From: Cycas panzhihuaensis
Taxonomy: Eukaryota > Plantae > Cycadophyta
NCBI GenBank assembly: GCA_023213395.1
Contig: CM041465.1
Span: 143,785,741-143,849,740, forward strand
Direction: 5' to 3'
DNA: 64,000 bases
Part shown: positions 49,909-64,000 of the stretch, piece by piece
Layout of the letters: the number at the start of each line of letters is the position of its first letter
Numbering within the stretch: position 1 is the first letter of the stretch
Translations under genes and position numbers: made by a program
The notes under the pieces: generated by a model
Databases searched by the model: none
Told to the model about the DNA's origin: nothing
The model's input: only the letters and a program-made list of their open reading frames with translations

Positions 49909-52900
49909 TATTAGTAAACTCAGTTGAGGCTAACTTCTTATCAAGTTAATGATTCATGTGGATTTACTATGAGATATAAAGAGACCTAAGGATTAAGTAT
50001 TTGATAGGACACAATGAAGAGTCATAGGATGTGATGAAAGGTCATGAGACATGATGAATAATCACAACTATTATATGGACATATCTCTTAGGGTATTATA
50101 AATATGAACTACATATAGGTTATTAAATATCAAATAAGAATTAATAGGTATAACTTTTATTATATAATGTACTAAGGTGCACAAAGTGCTTATAGGCATA
50201 AACACCAAGGTCGAGTGATCCTAACAAGTCATAAGACCAAGTCATATTTAATATAATAAAGTTATTATGAGTTTAACCATGGGTTTTTTCTTATAATTGT
50301 TTCCCACATAAAGTACCTATGTATTATTTTCTGAATACTTGTTGTGCATGATCAAGATCCTATAGTTAGTAAAATATATATGTTTATTTCTTCATATAGT
50401 ATCAGAGCATGATGGAGGTGAGTAGTTGAGGTAAAGTAGGTTTGGAGTTGAATTAATTAAAAGGTTATTTGGTAACATGAATGAGAGCCCTAAAGTAGTG
50501 ATGTTAATTATTTATAATTACTAGGAAAATAAAATGATAGTGTATAGTCAATAAAATAGAGAAAATAAGTTATTTAGAGTACGATTTTCATCCATTCATG
50601 ACCTCTACTCACTATTGAACATTATAAGAAGACATTAAAGATTTTAAAAGAATTTAGCTTTATTTTTATAATGTTCAGTAGAGGATAGGCATGTATAGAC
50701 AATCTAAGATATTATCACTTATTAGAAGTTATAAATATTATTGCTAGAGAGTGTTGAGATTAGGTAGAAGTTATTGGATTAGTAAGAACATGGATTGAGC
50801 CCATTCAAAGATAATTATACTTCACTTTTATGTGATATAGTAGAGGAAAGACATATTAGGTACCAAAATAATCAAAAGCCCACAATGATAATACAAAAGA
50901 GATGTTTGCACACAAAGCCACTAAAGATGAGCTCTACAAAGCAATGAAGTAAGCAATCAAATATACTTTTCTATAATAGAAAGATCCATGAGACAAATGT
51001 TACTAGTTGAGTTAGCAATAAATGTTAGCCTACTTGTTGATGTTCTTAACATTATTCATGAGACACACAATGGTTAAGGACAAGATAAAGAAAGTAATAA
51101 TTGCATGTTAAATATGATCTTAACTCATTATTAATAGGAAAAATAGAGTTACAATGAATGTTAGGTATGAAGTGTTTGATAATTTATGATAACTAGGTGG
51201 CAAACCATCGAGAATACACTTGAGCCAACTATATAGCTTGTTGGTCATAATAAGAGCCAAAAGCATTTATAATAATTAAGGAAATTTTTAAAGTTCCATA
51301 ATGTTGTAGCCCTTAACACTATTATTTTTAAATTGAGAGATACTCTTATGAGATATAAATAGTAGAGGAAAAGGGAATAACTCCAAAATGATTGATAAGA
51401 ATAGATTTCTTATGTTAAAAAGGGTATAACCAATGCCATTACTTATTGAGTTCAAGTTAGAAGGTATTCCTTTCTTACATCATACTAGAGTGATATATAA
51501 GGTTGTTTTCATGGATACTGCATAGTTGAATATTTAGTAATGATAAGTATATAGGTGGTAATATTGTGTTGAGGTTGTTACATATGACATAGAGGAAATA
51601 ATGCCATGTTTTGAGTCACCATTACATTACTAAAAATCAATGTAAATGCAAACTACATAAATGATCATAGTCACCTATAAATAAAGTGAAATGGAATTTA
51701 AAAAAGGTGAATCAAGGCTAATTGAATTATGAAATACTTGAAAATAATATAGAATGTCTATTTATAAAAGATCCAATTAGACAAAATAACTTAAAATGCC
51801 ATAGTAAAAGTTACTATTGCCATGGATGGCAATAGGATCTACACCTGTACCGACACAATGATAATATATAGCAGTTATCAGTCTCTTATCGACGGGGTTT
51901 TTAATCCTAATCTCCTACCATCCTCTTCCATAATATAATTTAAGATCCAAGACACTAACATTAAAATCTAGCTTGATAGTGTATCTCTAAATCCATTTAC
52001 TACCCAATAGTGGCATTTACATTAGGAAGTAAGTATTAAAAAAAGATAAAAATAGAAAATGAGATATTATGGTGTATGTAATGAACAATAGAGGGCATCT
52101 ATTACAAGGCATCTAAATAAATATTCAACAACTAGAATACTCATTCATTGATAGCTAATGAGTCTTATTAAAGTATTATATACCTCTCAGAGAAATCATT
52201 ATGGATTTCAATAATGACTCAAAATAATAATTCCTGGTTATACTTCATATGATTACAAAGATGTAAAGTTTCAAGCTAATAAATCATATAATGTTTGTTA
52301 GAGTCTACCCTTTTGATGGTTTAAATTTTGATGCTTATAACCATGTTATCAAGAGACTTACATGAAATGATGTAAGTGTTTCATTTACAAATGAAAGAGT
52401 GGCAATGGTTTACATAATAGTGAAAATATATATTCACGACAAGATATAGTTGACAATCTCAATTAAGTTATAATATTTAATTAAAATGTATTAGTCATGA
52501 TGCATTCCTTAGTAATAATGGAATCAAGGGATGCGATCTACATTTAGAGATGGCTAATAGGCTAAGCTACCATAATATTGTTAAGCAAATGCAAACAAAT
52601 TACTAGCAGAGGGTTTTAAGATGAATCCCCTCAATCACATAAATATCTGCATGAAACTAGAATCCCTACTAAAAGAGGAGCTAATCAATATATTATATGA
52701 ATAACAAGTATGGTTAATCATATGGAAGTTCATGGTTTATGTGCATTATATGTAGTAATTCTTGAAGAGGCATCATATACAGGATGCATAAGCAGTATAA
52801 TAAAAGTCTATAATTTATGGAGATAAGAAGGCATTGGCACTTGATACAATTAATAAAATCAAATTATTTAATTATATTATAGTTTCCAAACCTTAATAAC

Positions 52901-55900
52901 TCATCAAATTTGATTGTTGGAAGTCAAATAAAAGTGATTTAAACCAACACTTTAAACTATAACAATCATGGGTTACATCATGACAATTTAAATACTAACA
53001 GCCATATGAAGAGTGGAAACTTCTCAAATAGAATTTAATTCCAATATAAAATCCATCTAACAACCATATTCAATGTTAATTTGAAGTGCTAAAGACTAGT
53101 GATGCATTTTAAAATTGGTGAGAATCTCTAATGAGCATGGTAAATTATGTAAGGCTAATATAATGTTGATGAAAAACTTGTAAAATAATTTGATGCAATT
53201 GGAAGCATGTAATGAAGCATTATAAAGCATAAGCAATAGTACAAATTTAGTGATTCTATTTGGTGCATTATAAATTCATGGAGAAGTAATCCAAAGGGGT
53301 GTTATACATGGAGATATATTTTGGTACGTCATTAAGAAGTATAAACTACCATCCAAGATATTGTGGAGCCAATTGAAGTGATTAAAGTATTGTGTAATGT
53401 TGGTAAGTTATAATCCATAGTATGGGAAGTGATATTTATTATTTGGAGTATTACAAAGCATGAGCATTAAGGAAGCATAAGTTACATAGCATAGGGGAGG
53501 TCTATAAAGATCATGTTTTGAGTATATGAAACCATGTTTGAAAATATGAAGACCATGTATAAAGTATAAGCATTATATAATCAAGCTGTGTGAAGGAAAA
53601 CAAAGTTTATTTGGAGCTTATGAAGAGTAAAGATAATAGACATTAATATGGCAACTATTGAGAAGCCAATAAAGCTCACAAAAAGTTAAGGGATCCATGT
53701 TGAGCTCTATATAATCCATATGAAGAACTTGAAGGCCATATGAGGCTTGAAGCTCATGAGAAGCTATGAGATGTCATATGAAGCTCATAAAAATTCATTT
53801 GAAGGTTGCATGAGCTATGTTAAGCTCCATATGAAGCTATGTTAAGTGAGTTGAATAATGTTAAGCAAACTTGGTTCTAAATAACCAAAACTAACCACCA
53901 AGATCTATCTATTTTGCAACAAGAACAAGGATTCAAAACTATAATAAATGTAAGTACATAAACTATAGATCATTCAACATACACATGAAACCATACACAT
54001 TACCAAGTACACTAAATATAATGTGGTAAAACCCTAGTAGAGTGCTAGGGAAACATCCACATAGGAAAGGTATCAACTTTATTTGATCAAGAACGAAAGA
54101 TTTATACATGCAACTTTCACAGAGTTCTCATAGCAGTAACAATCAATAGTTGCCCAAGACATAATGCAGTGTAATACTTCAATTGTGATACAATAATAAT
54201 AGAAAAATCTAATTACCTAAATCAGGTTACAAGATTGCCACCATCAGATCTAAGGCCTTTTTTATAAATGGCCTAGATTCTCTTTATAATTTAGTAGGTT
54301 TTCAATCCTAACTTTTTCCTTTGGGGGATACCACCCTTGAATGCCCACTTATGGGGGGGTGGTTATGATGCCCCCCACAGCCCCCAGGCAAGGGGGTTGT
54401 TGCCCCCCTTGGATCCCCTTAAGGAAAGTTGATGGGAAAAACTGCATCAAAAAAGCTCCAAAAAATTTAGCCTCCTTATATATTGTTATCACATATCCAA
54501 CAAATAAGAGCTTGTTAAAGCTCTTTCAAGCCACATCAATGAACATATAAGTTATAAAAAAGCAACTAAAGGTATTATAAAGCTTAAGAAACATATTTTA
54601 ATTCCATGTGAGTTGTTTAAAGTTATGTAAGAGCTATTTGAAGGTTGTGGATGTATTTAAGTCCATTAGAGATTAATGAGAAGGTTGTTGAAGCTATTTC
54701 AAGTTATATTAATGAATGTATAGGTCATAAAAAGTCAAATAAAAAGTGAAGAAAAGTGTAGAGGATACATGTGAACATATAGGCCATATAAGAAGTTATA
54801 TGATGTGTAATATCATAATCATGAAACTAGAGGAAGGTTGAGTAGCAAAAAGAAGCTTTAATCATGTTGTACAAAGAATATAAGCATTGGTAATATAATT
54901 TAGAGAAGTATAAAGTAGATATAAGCTTGTATTTAATGCAATAACCTTTGGGAATTTGATCATGGAGGCTGCACTTATACATTTTGAATCAAGGAGCCAC
55001 ACTTACCTATTAAAAATATGTAAAGGCTTTCTTAACAAAGTAAAGGTAGTTTAGAAGGGTTTAATAATTGTTTTAAGCCTTAAGAAGATTCACTAATACA
55101 TGTATAGGCTAGGTTTAAGTGTGTGATACTTGAAAACACATATGTTAAGCATTTGGTTAGTGAAGTTATGTGCATAGGCTATGCGAACACTAAGTATTAA
55201 GGCCACTATGAGATTTATGAAATCTCTAAGAGCCACTCAAGTAAACATATATTAAACTAAGAATTTAATGAGGCTATATTAAAGTGTTTAAAGTAAGGTG
55301 CTCCATGTATACTTATTCAAACATATATTCACTCTACATGGGTATATGTAAAGGCTGCAAAAGGGTATGTTAAAGACTTGTGACACCATGTGTTATTGCT
55401 TTGTGCATAAGGGAGGCCATGTTATTGTATATCATATATGAATGAAGCCTATGTTAAAAAAAAAAAAAAAAAACCTTAAAAAATTAAAAACTAATATAAA
55501 ACTAGTGTGGAGTAAGTTCATTGTAAAATAAACTATTCAAGAGATAAATTTGATCCCATATGAAGGTGCAGAGACCTTTACATGTGTGTGTCATACAAAG
55601 AAGTTGAATAATGGCATCTTTAAAAACTCAAAAAGTGTATCAACTTGAATTCAGCAATCCTTGAGGGTGGATGTGTCAGACGTAAGCATGATAACAACTA
55701 TAACTCCTACCTTCACCAATGATAATGAAACTAATTAGAAGTTATAATCCCATATTCATATTAAGGGGGGATGTTAGAAAAATTAGTTGAGGCCAAATTT
55801 GTGTCAAGTTAATGACTAATATGGATTAACCAAGAGATATAAAGAGATGCAAGGATTAAGGATTCAACAATATATAAGAGCGAGTCATGAGACATGATGA

Positions 55901-56261
55901 AAAGTCATGAGATATGATAAATAGTCATAGTCATTAGTTGGATGTACTTCTTAGGGTATTGTGAATATGAATTACATATATATATTATTAAATATCAAAT
56001 AAGAATTAAAAAATATGAATTGTATCATATGACATACCAAGGTGTATTAGGTCCTAAAATGCCTAACCACCAAGGTTGAGTGATCCTCACAAGTCATGAG
56101 ACCAAGCCATATGTAATATAATAAAGTTATTCTGAGTTTAACCTTGAGTTTTTTCTTGTAAGGGTTTTCCATATAAAATACCTATATATTGTTCTTTAAA
56201 TAATTATTATACATGATTAAGATCCTATAGTTAAGAAAATATATATGTATGTTTCTTTATA
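49909..56261 (+). mobile_element. Degenerate LTR element F (no recognisable ORF; probably copia-derived)
   Basis: LTRs of about 490 bp (49909-50396, 55772-56261). TSD ATAGT at 49904-49908 and 56262-56266. PBS TAGTATCAGAGC at 50397 and PPT AAGGGGGGA at 55763-55771. Confidence 0.85.
53859..54502 (-). mobile_element. Solo LTR (644 bp), same family as 48831-49410, inverted, nested in F
   Basis: Minus strand starts TGTTGGATAT like 48831 and shares GATACCTTTCCTATGTGGATGTTTCCCTA...CTAGGGTTTTACCACATTATAT. TSD AATAA at 53854-53858 and 54503-54507. Confidence 0.88.
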
Positions 56262-56304
56262 ATAGTTCATAGTCCTATATATATTTATTTATATGTTTTT
56301 AACA

Positions 56305-57652
56305 TGGTATTAGAGTTATTAATCATGGGCACATTATATTTTAAACATGTTATTAAAGCCATGTTGGACCTTAGATAGGTTACAAGACTATGAGTGTGTC
56401 CACCTATCAATATGTTTATTTAGAACTTGATTATGTATACTTGTTTATGACTAGTTAGAATGGTAGTCTTATTTGTTAAGTGAAGATCTATTATAGGTTG
56501 TGGAAGGTTTCAAACTACATTTTAATATTAATACCCAAATGTTAAATAAAATCTAGTTGGCAACACAAGCGTTGTAGTTATTTTAAATCCCACGAAGGTT
56601 TATCACATGCTTAATTCATTTTTGAGCTATTATATACATGTCATGCTATTATACATTCATGTGTTAAATGTTTTCTTGAAAAAGGGGCTTTTGAAGCTGG
56701 CTTAATCACCCTATTAAAGCTAGTTAAAGTGGTGAGGAGAACAACTTTATTATATCCTTTATAATACAATGAGATGACCATGAGTAATGAGGGTTTGTGG
56801 TGCAATTTGATGCAATAGATGTATTGGCTCATCGAAGAATACTGGTGTGTTGGGGCTATAAGAGGTAGATCTTATTGATTGATGAGTGAACCTATGCATA
56901 AGAAATTCATAGGTTGGTTGTATACAATAAGGAGATTAGGCTCACAGGGGTTCTTTATAAGGCATGCCACCATATCAATAAGAAGTTTGAGGATATCTAG
57001 CAATACTTTCTTTTATTAATGGAGTATAAAAAAATGAGATAATAAGATATGATAATAGATTAAGGGTTTCAAAGCCTATTTTAGTGGAAAATTTAGCTAC
57101 AAATTGTTCATTTGGCAAACAACCATATCTATTTTTCAAAGGTGATTTTCTCCACTTATTAGAAAGTTTTCATAATATTTTTCACATTGTTGGATCTATT
57201 AATATATGTGGAAGGTAGATCTATGGTTAGTTTTGCAATGGGTAGCAAGTTCATAGAAAAAAAGGGTATGCAAGTTTTTAGGTTCTTCTCCCATCCATAT
57301 GCTTTAAAATTTGGCTAAGTCCACATAGTATACCTTATTCCAATTATGTTCCACCTATGGTGTTCCTGATACTTCTACATTCTTTCCAATAATCCTTTAA
57401 TTCTTTGCATGGATCAACTCACTTGAGTTTCTCTAATTGTAATAATACACTACTAAATATTTTTACATAAATGGGATGCTCTTTCATCAATATCGACAAC
57501 ACTCTAATGGAATTATAATAGTTCCATGTTCTTCTATGGCTAATCCCTTACAAAGGTTTTTCCCTCTATTCTTCCCTCACTCATATTATGTGCTCCCTCA
57601 TGTAATATTATCCAATCTAAGCAATTTAGTTCCCTTTCTATGGTGGAGGGAA
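56305..57652 (+). mobile_element. Short internal region of an older LTR element (PBS to PPT), 3' part paralogous to about 48690-49630
   Basis: PBS TGGTATTAGAGT at 56305 right after ...AACA and PPT-like GGTGGAGGGAA at 57642-57652. 57298-57650 aligns to 48690-48830 + 49416-49630. Weak gypsy integrase-like WNYNSS..F.G.S. Confidence 0.55.
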
Positions 57653-59409
57653 TACTAAAAATAATTTGTAAAGTTTATAAGTATTACTGTGTACTTATAT
57701 AAAGTTACAAAGGCTTTAGCCTTAGATATAATCCTATAAACTATTAATAATATGGTGTGTCTTTTTACTTAATGGAGCATAGAATAAGCATCCATCTCAT
57801 AATAAGTTTTCCTATGCTAATAAATAAAAATAATTATATCATGACTACCTTGCTAAGGTTCTCTCTAACTATGATGAACATGGGCCCTTACATTACCTCC
57901 CCTTTATTAAAAGTGTTATCCTTTATGATGTTTTTTCTACTATAAAAAGGCAATGGTACCATTGTATTTCCCTCTTCAACTCCCATATTACCTCTTCTAA
58001 TATTAGATGCTTCCCTTGCACTTTTACTTACTCAATGCTTCTATGTCTTGATGCATTTTCTGTTTGACCCAAGGTTCTCATAGATTCTTCTACAAAATCT
58101 ATATCTCGTCTAGTTATAATATTAGTCTAATTGAATATATGCCTTGAGTTTAATACATATTTCTTTAGCAATGAGATATGAAACATGTTATAAATTTATA
58201 GATTTGGAGGTAGTATAATTTAATAGATAAGTTTGCTTATTTACTTCAAATTTTTAAATGGTCTATAATATCTTAAAGATAGTTTTTTATACTTGCCCAA
58301 GTCAAGTAAACTATGCTTGAGTTTTAATTGTAAAATCACATGCCTACTAATCTAGAACTTATTTAGTGTTCTTTTCAAATTTGCATAGATCATTTACTTA
58401 TCTTGAGTTATCTTTAGTTGTTGTATAATATTAGACACTTATTTCTCCATCTCTTGTAATATTTTTGGACCTAACATATGTCAACCCTCCACACTCTCCC
58501 AACTAAAGGGAATGTTGTACCTTCTTCTATATAACACCTTAAAAAGACTCATTCCTAAAGATAAAGATATGGTATTATTGTAAGAAAATTCAACCAAGTA
58601 GAGATAGTTCTCCTAATAGAATGATTATTTAGCTATTTTATTGTATATATTTAGAGAAAATCTTCTAGTATTTAGTTCACTTTTCCGTTTGCCTATCGAT
58701 TTCTAGATGATATGTTGTGATAAATTTTAACTTTGTACCTAATTTTTGAAACATAGACTACCAAAATTTTAAGGTGAATATAGCATCTCTATCTCATACA
58801 ATGGATTTAAATACACCATGTAATCTTATAATTCATTTCACCATTTTCCAATGGTGACACAAAGTAAAAGAGGATTTTAACACTTTCTTCTAATGGCATC
58901 CAAAGAAGTAGGGTTTTAAGATTTTTTTTTTTCGGGGCTTTAAGAATGCATATTTACTCTACTTTAGAAGAGAATTCCAACTTTATACCTCTTTTTACAT
59001 GCTAATATCAGTAGAATCTATGACTTTTTAAGGTTTTATAGTTTAGGTTTTTTTTTTTTTTTTTTTTTTTTTTATAGAGATATATATGACACTAAGACCT
59101 ATCTAAATTTTTATTAGCTCTTTATGACTCTTTTTGGATTACATTAGGGTTTAAAATTTAGAGAAATCCCCTCCATTTTTTTATGAAAAATAAAATATCA
59201 AACCTATGCTTTAAATGTAGAATTTTTTTGGTATAAATATTTTTTTTTTTTAATGTTGAAGAAATAAACTGTGTTTTCCAAACCTGAATCTACTTCTTTG
59301 AGATGTCCTTGTTGCAAGTTCTTTGGCACTTAATAGTTGATTTTTATTTAGTAGAGATCTATCTAGTTATATATATGATGTAGTTTAATTAAAGATGTCT
59401 ATTGTATCT

Positions 59410-59830
59410 CTCTAATACCATGTCAAATAATTCTTGAATGTAGTAGCATATTTACATTAAAGAATTAGGATCAAATAGACACACATCAAGGCAAATTAAT
59501 AGCATTATACACAGTTTTTTTTTCGATAGATGAAAAACCCCTTTGGGGGAAAAAAACCACCTCAAATATAAAATATATAATACGTCAAAGAATTTGAATC
59601 TAATCTCCTAGAATTTCTCACAATATATTCCCCTTTACATTGTATTTTCCCTCTTTTCTTTTATATTGTGAGAGATATATATATGTATATTGAATTAGGA
59701 ACCACTAATTCAACCAACTTTACTATTATTATTTTAATATGAATAATAATTAAATATGACATGACTAACTTTAACTAACATTAAATGTTATAATAAAAGT
59801 TAAGATAACATTATTGTTTATCCTAAACAT
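59410..59830 (-). mobile_element. PBS plus 5' LTR remnant of another LTR element
   Basis: CTCTAATACCA (minus TGGTATTAGAG) abuts TGTCAA at 59421, with an LTR-like GAAAAACCCCTTTGGGGGAAAAAAACCAC motif. The right boundary is uncertain. Confidence 0.45.
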
Positions 59831-62800
59831 AATGATAAATTTAACCAAGTATATTTTAAATATGTTATTTATCAAGCACATGAATCTAGTAGGTATATTA
59901 CTCAAAATGAATGATATTAGCAAAAATTTGTAATACCCATACCTTGTCTTGATAGTTGTCTTAAAGACATCTTAATTCTTGAGTTTGATTTGATAATAAC
60001 TAGACCTCAAATCTATTTTAGTAAATAGTTTATCCTCTAAACATTAATAGGTAGGATGAGAGGATGTGCAAACATGACCCATGAATGGACTAGAAGGATG
60101 AGGGGGATCTAAGTGAGGAGGGATATAAACATACACCCCTTATATGGTACTTATATATCTCTTATATATGGGTGTGAGGATGATGGATAAGTTATTTGCT
60201 AGATTGATCTAAGGGCAACATGCAAGTGTGTAATACATGCTAGAAAAATAAGAGAAATAGAAGACTAAAGAACGAATATACACTAATAAATAACTAAAAA
60301 AATAATATAAGTATGAAGAGGAGACAACTATATATCAAATAAGAAGGTGAACCAAAATCTAACTAAAGAAGCTTAAGAAAATATCAATCAAATCAAATAA
60401 TTAGTGCCCTCATAAGGTTTAAATAGCACATCAAAAGTCCTCACTATATGAGGGGGTTAATCAAATATAAATACCCAAAAAAAGACTCCTCCATGAATAT
60501 GTATTTACCCTAGTTGAGACCTACCTAGGCAAACTAACCTATCTTAACCCAAACCTATACATAACCCTAAGATGATAGACTTGATCTAAAAGAATTAAGG
60601 AAAGGACAACCTAGAGTGAGAGTTCTAAAGGAATAAAGACTATAGGATAGATTTGCTTATGGATAAATTAGTGAGGACTTACTAATACTAGTGATGGAAC
60701 TCACACAAGTGTGAGAGTAGCTTGACAGTACCTGAATCTAATTCTAATAAATTTAAAGCTCAGAGAGGGTGAACTATAAGAGGACACTGCTCTTAATGAG
60801 ATGAATGAAGTTTACTTGATTATCCAAGCCCTATGCAAGAGTACATGGCAAGGATAGACACCCTTCACTAGCATGTTTAAAACATGGATATAGAGGACTT
60901 GATGCACCTAAAGGCATAATATTAGGTCTCTTATTCAATGATGAAACCCAAGTAGTGAAATGTCTATTCCCCCTCTTCAATATGAGAATGGACCCTAACC
61001 TTAAAAGAAACTAAAAGAGGCAAACAACACATAGTCTAAATGCAACTAATCATGTAATTTTAATTATATACAAATAGTAAATAATCTAACCTAGAAAATA
61101 AAATATAGTCCATAGATTCAAGGGCTTGAAATGGGTGTAAACCTCTTATTCATTTGGTCTTCTAAAAGTTATACACCTAAAAGATAAAAATATAGATGTA
61201 GCATATAAAAAAAAGAGAAAAAAAATTCTTTTTAGACCACCTTTTTTATTTATTTTGATAAGCCTTTTCATTTATAACAAAATCCTAAATGCAAGGTAGG
61301 GGAAGAATAAACATCAATGAAAATGTAAAAGACAAATAGTTCTTTTCTTATTATTTTTTTCTTTTCATGATAAAACTAGAAAATAAATTGGTGTTTTTAA
61401 GCTCTTTTCATTTGAAATTGAACCTACAAAAGAATGGTTTGGGGAATACCTAAAATAGCATTCAAAATATCAATCTTATTCTTCTTTTATAGTGTTTTCC
61501 TTAATGACTTTTCATATCATAAATTACACTCAAAACAAAGTTAAGGAAACATACATATAAGACCTATTTCTAGGGGAAATCTAGTAGCATTTCTACTTAT
61601 CAAATTGACCTGTGATTTTTTTTTTTTAATTAAGGTAATCAAATATGCTAAAAATCAAGTTAAAATCATAAATTAAGTACTAACCTTTTGTTATTTTCTA
61701 GGATGATCTCAACAACATAATAGTTGCATAATAGGTACTCAATCTTTTGTGGGAAGGAGAATGAAGGAAGGTGAAAGTATGGTGCTCTTCTAACTACTCT
61801 GAATGCACTCTAACCTATACATAAGTCTTTTTAGAAGCTCCTCCACCTACATAGATTAGTCTATAATAAAATATATGGTAAATAGATGAAAAGACCTAGT
61901 CAATAAAGATTAAAAGACCAGCTTAAAATAAGCAAGGAAATAGTGTGAAGTAGGACCTTAGAAATGGTAAATTGACCATCCTTTTTTGAAACTAAATAAG
62001 CAATACTAAGCTTCCCTTATTCTACAAAACACCAACAAATAAAGAGGGTGAAGCATGCATGAATAAAGGATTGAAAACAAACATAAAAATGAAGTTTAAA
62101 AGAGGTAATTTAATGCCAAAAGTCAAGTAAACATAGTCTTAGAGAAAGGATAAAAATCTTAGCAATGTAGGGGGATTTGCCCCTATTTAGAGTGATGGAG
62201 GAATGCTAGTGATGATCTACTCTAGCTAAAGAGTGCTCTAATAAAGTATAGTATTCAAACCTTATGCTAAGGATGGAAGCCAACTAAACAAACGTAAATT
62301 TTATGGGGTTTCTGTAGAGATTTTGGTAGCATAATGGTAGTACAACAACTCTAAAATTAACCTTCAAATGAAAATGGGAGGTATAAATAGTAAAGGTTAA
62401 GGGTTTGGGCCCATGGTTTCAAGCTCATAAAATTAGAGGAAACCATAGGCAAAAAGCCTATGGTTTTGGGGCTAAAATAATGGGAGGGTACTAAATGGCC
62501 TATGGTTTTAATTCAATCCTAGGAGTAGCCCATGGGTTTGATAAAATTAGGAGGTAGACCCATGTATAGGTGCTATAAATACATGATCAAGCATAAGCCT
62601 AAAAAACTTTCAAAGTTGTAAAAGGATAAATTTTCAAACAAAAATAAGAGTAAGATAAGAAAAATAAAAGTAGTATAGGTAAACATTAGAGTGATATAGA
62701 CAAGAATCATAGTGGGATGAGTGGAAAAAAGGTAAAAACTAGACAATTTTAAAGAAAAAGGTCCAAAAAAGTAGGTTGAGTACAAAAAAGTTATAAATAG

Positions 62801-64000
62801 TGAAGAAGAAAGGTGAGACATATCTTACAGAGGTAATAAAAAGTTATTTTTAACCAATTAAACTTAGATGGATAACTATAAAGCCATGAAGCATGGTCAA
62901 AATCATCATATGCTAAGATGGATACACTCATCCAATAGAACAATAAGTAAACATGAGTATATTCTTATAAAAGAACTAATCTAAAGCTAATCTAGAAAGC
63001 AAAAAGCACATACCTTCACTTACCTATTAGTGTCACATCTATGAAGTTTCTGGATTATGGGAAACACTTGCCTCCTCGGCAATAAAACCTCTTTAGATGA
63101 TGGTTTTAAGATGGAGAGTGTTGTTAATAATGCCCTATATAGATTATGCATGCATCTGAAAAAATGAGAAAGGAAGGTAGTCTGCCATAGTTTAGTCTTC
63201 TTAGTAGATGTTCAGAGAATGTTTCCCTTAGTTTAGCCTCATAAGAAAGCACTTAAAAGGTATGTTGACTAGGGTGGAGGACTCATCAATGACCTAATCA
63301 AACTAATATGAGTTAATGGCTATGACGAACCTAGATAAACATAAATGGTCCAACATAGTTTATCATCTTTAGTGGTTATTTTTCATAGCAATCTTAAGTG
63401 CCTAAGGGATTACCTCAGTAACTAGGAAAGGTTGGGCTTGATAGCCAATGATTTTAAGCTCAAAAGCCAAAAATCTTAGGTAAAAGAGTGGGTGCCTCAA
63501 AATCCTGAAGTTTTTTAACTTAAAAGTCTAAGAGGATCACCATAGTTTAGACTTTTAATGATTATGTTTCAAAGGTAGGAGTTGTTTGGGCTCATCTCAG
63601 AGCTAAGCTTTTTTATTTTTTGTTTTATAATTTTTTAAAACTTTTATTTTTTTATAATATTTTTAGAGTTTTAATTTTTTAGAAACAACAAACCAGGGAG
63701 AAAAGACTTAAAATAAAGTATTGTAAGAGAGTTCACATAAAGGAGGATGTTGGTGATTACTCCCTTTTGAATATACTCAATGTGAACAAGATTTACAAAA
63801 TAGTTCTAGTTAGACTCTTGGTGGAGTATAATTTTTTAGGATTTTTTATTTTATAATTTTTATGTATTTTTCATTATTTTAACAGAATGATATACTGGAG
63901 AAAGAAATGGAGCAAAGTAAATGAACTAAAAAAAAAACTAAAACATAAATAGTAAAAACAAAAAGGAACCAGATTAGGGATGCCATAGTAGGTTTACCCT

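Overview
This window is AT-rich, strongly CpG-depleted plant nuclear DNA (seed-plant-like; a gymnosperm is plausible but not provable). It consists almost entirely of nested LTR retrotransposons and contains no intact host gene. LTR pairs, PBS, PPT and 5-bp target-site duplications (TSDs) resolve several elements: a young chromovirus-type Ty3/gypsy (5273-11997), an old gypsy (14985-21795), a nest of copia D (28386-45827) > element B (29457-40632) > copia C (30599-36491), two related solo LTRs and another degenerate LTR element (49909-56261). The main result is two members (A 22805-28273 minus, B 29457-40632 plus) of one RT/integrase-less, copia-derived family with a shared layout: PBS, AGATCT-rich leader, variable cargo slot, conserved GC stem-loop, AT-rich block, 3'-located gag-derived ORF with an internal PPT copy, PPT. 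Each carries a different host-gene fragment antisense in the same slot: a cellulose synthase-like D piece in A and the 5' end of an organellar HSP90 in B. Neither identity is visible from the ORF track. All alignments, counts and translations were done by eye and need computational confirmation.
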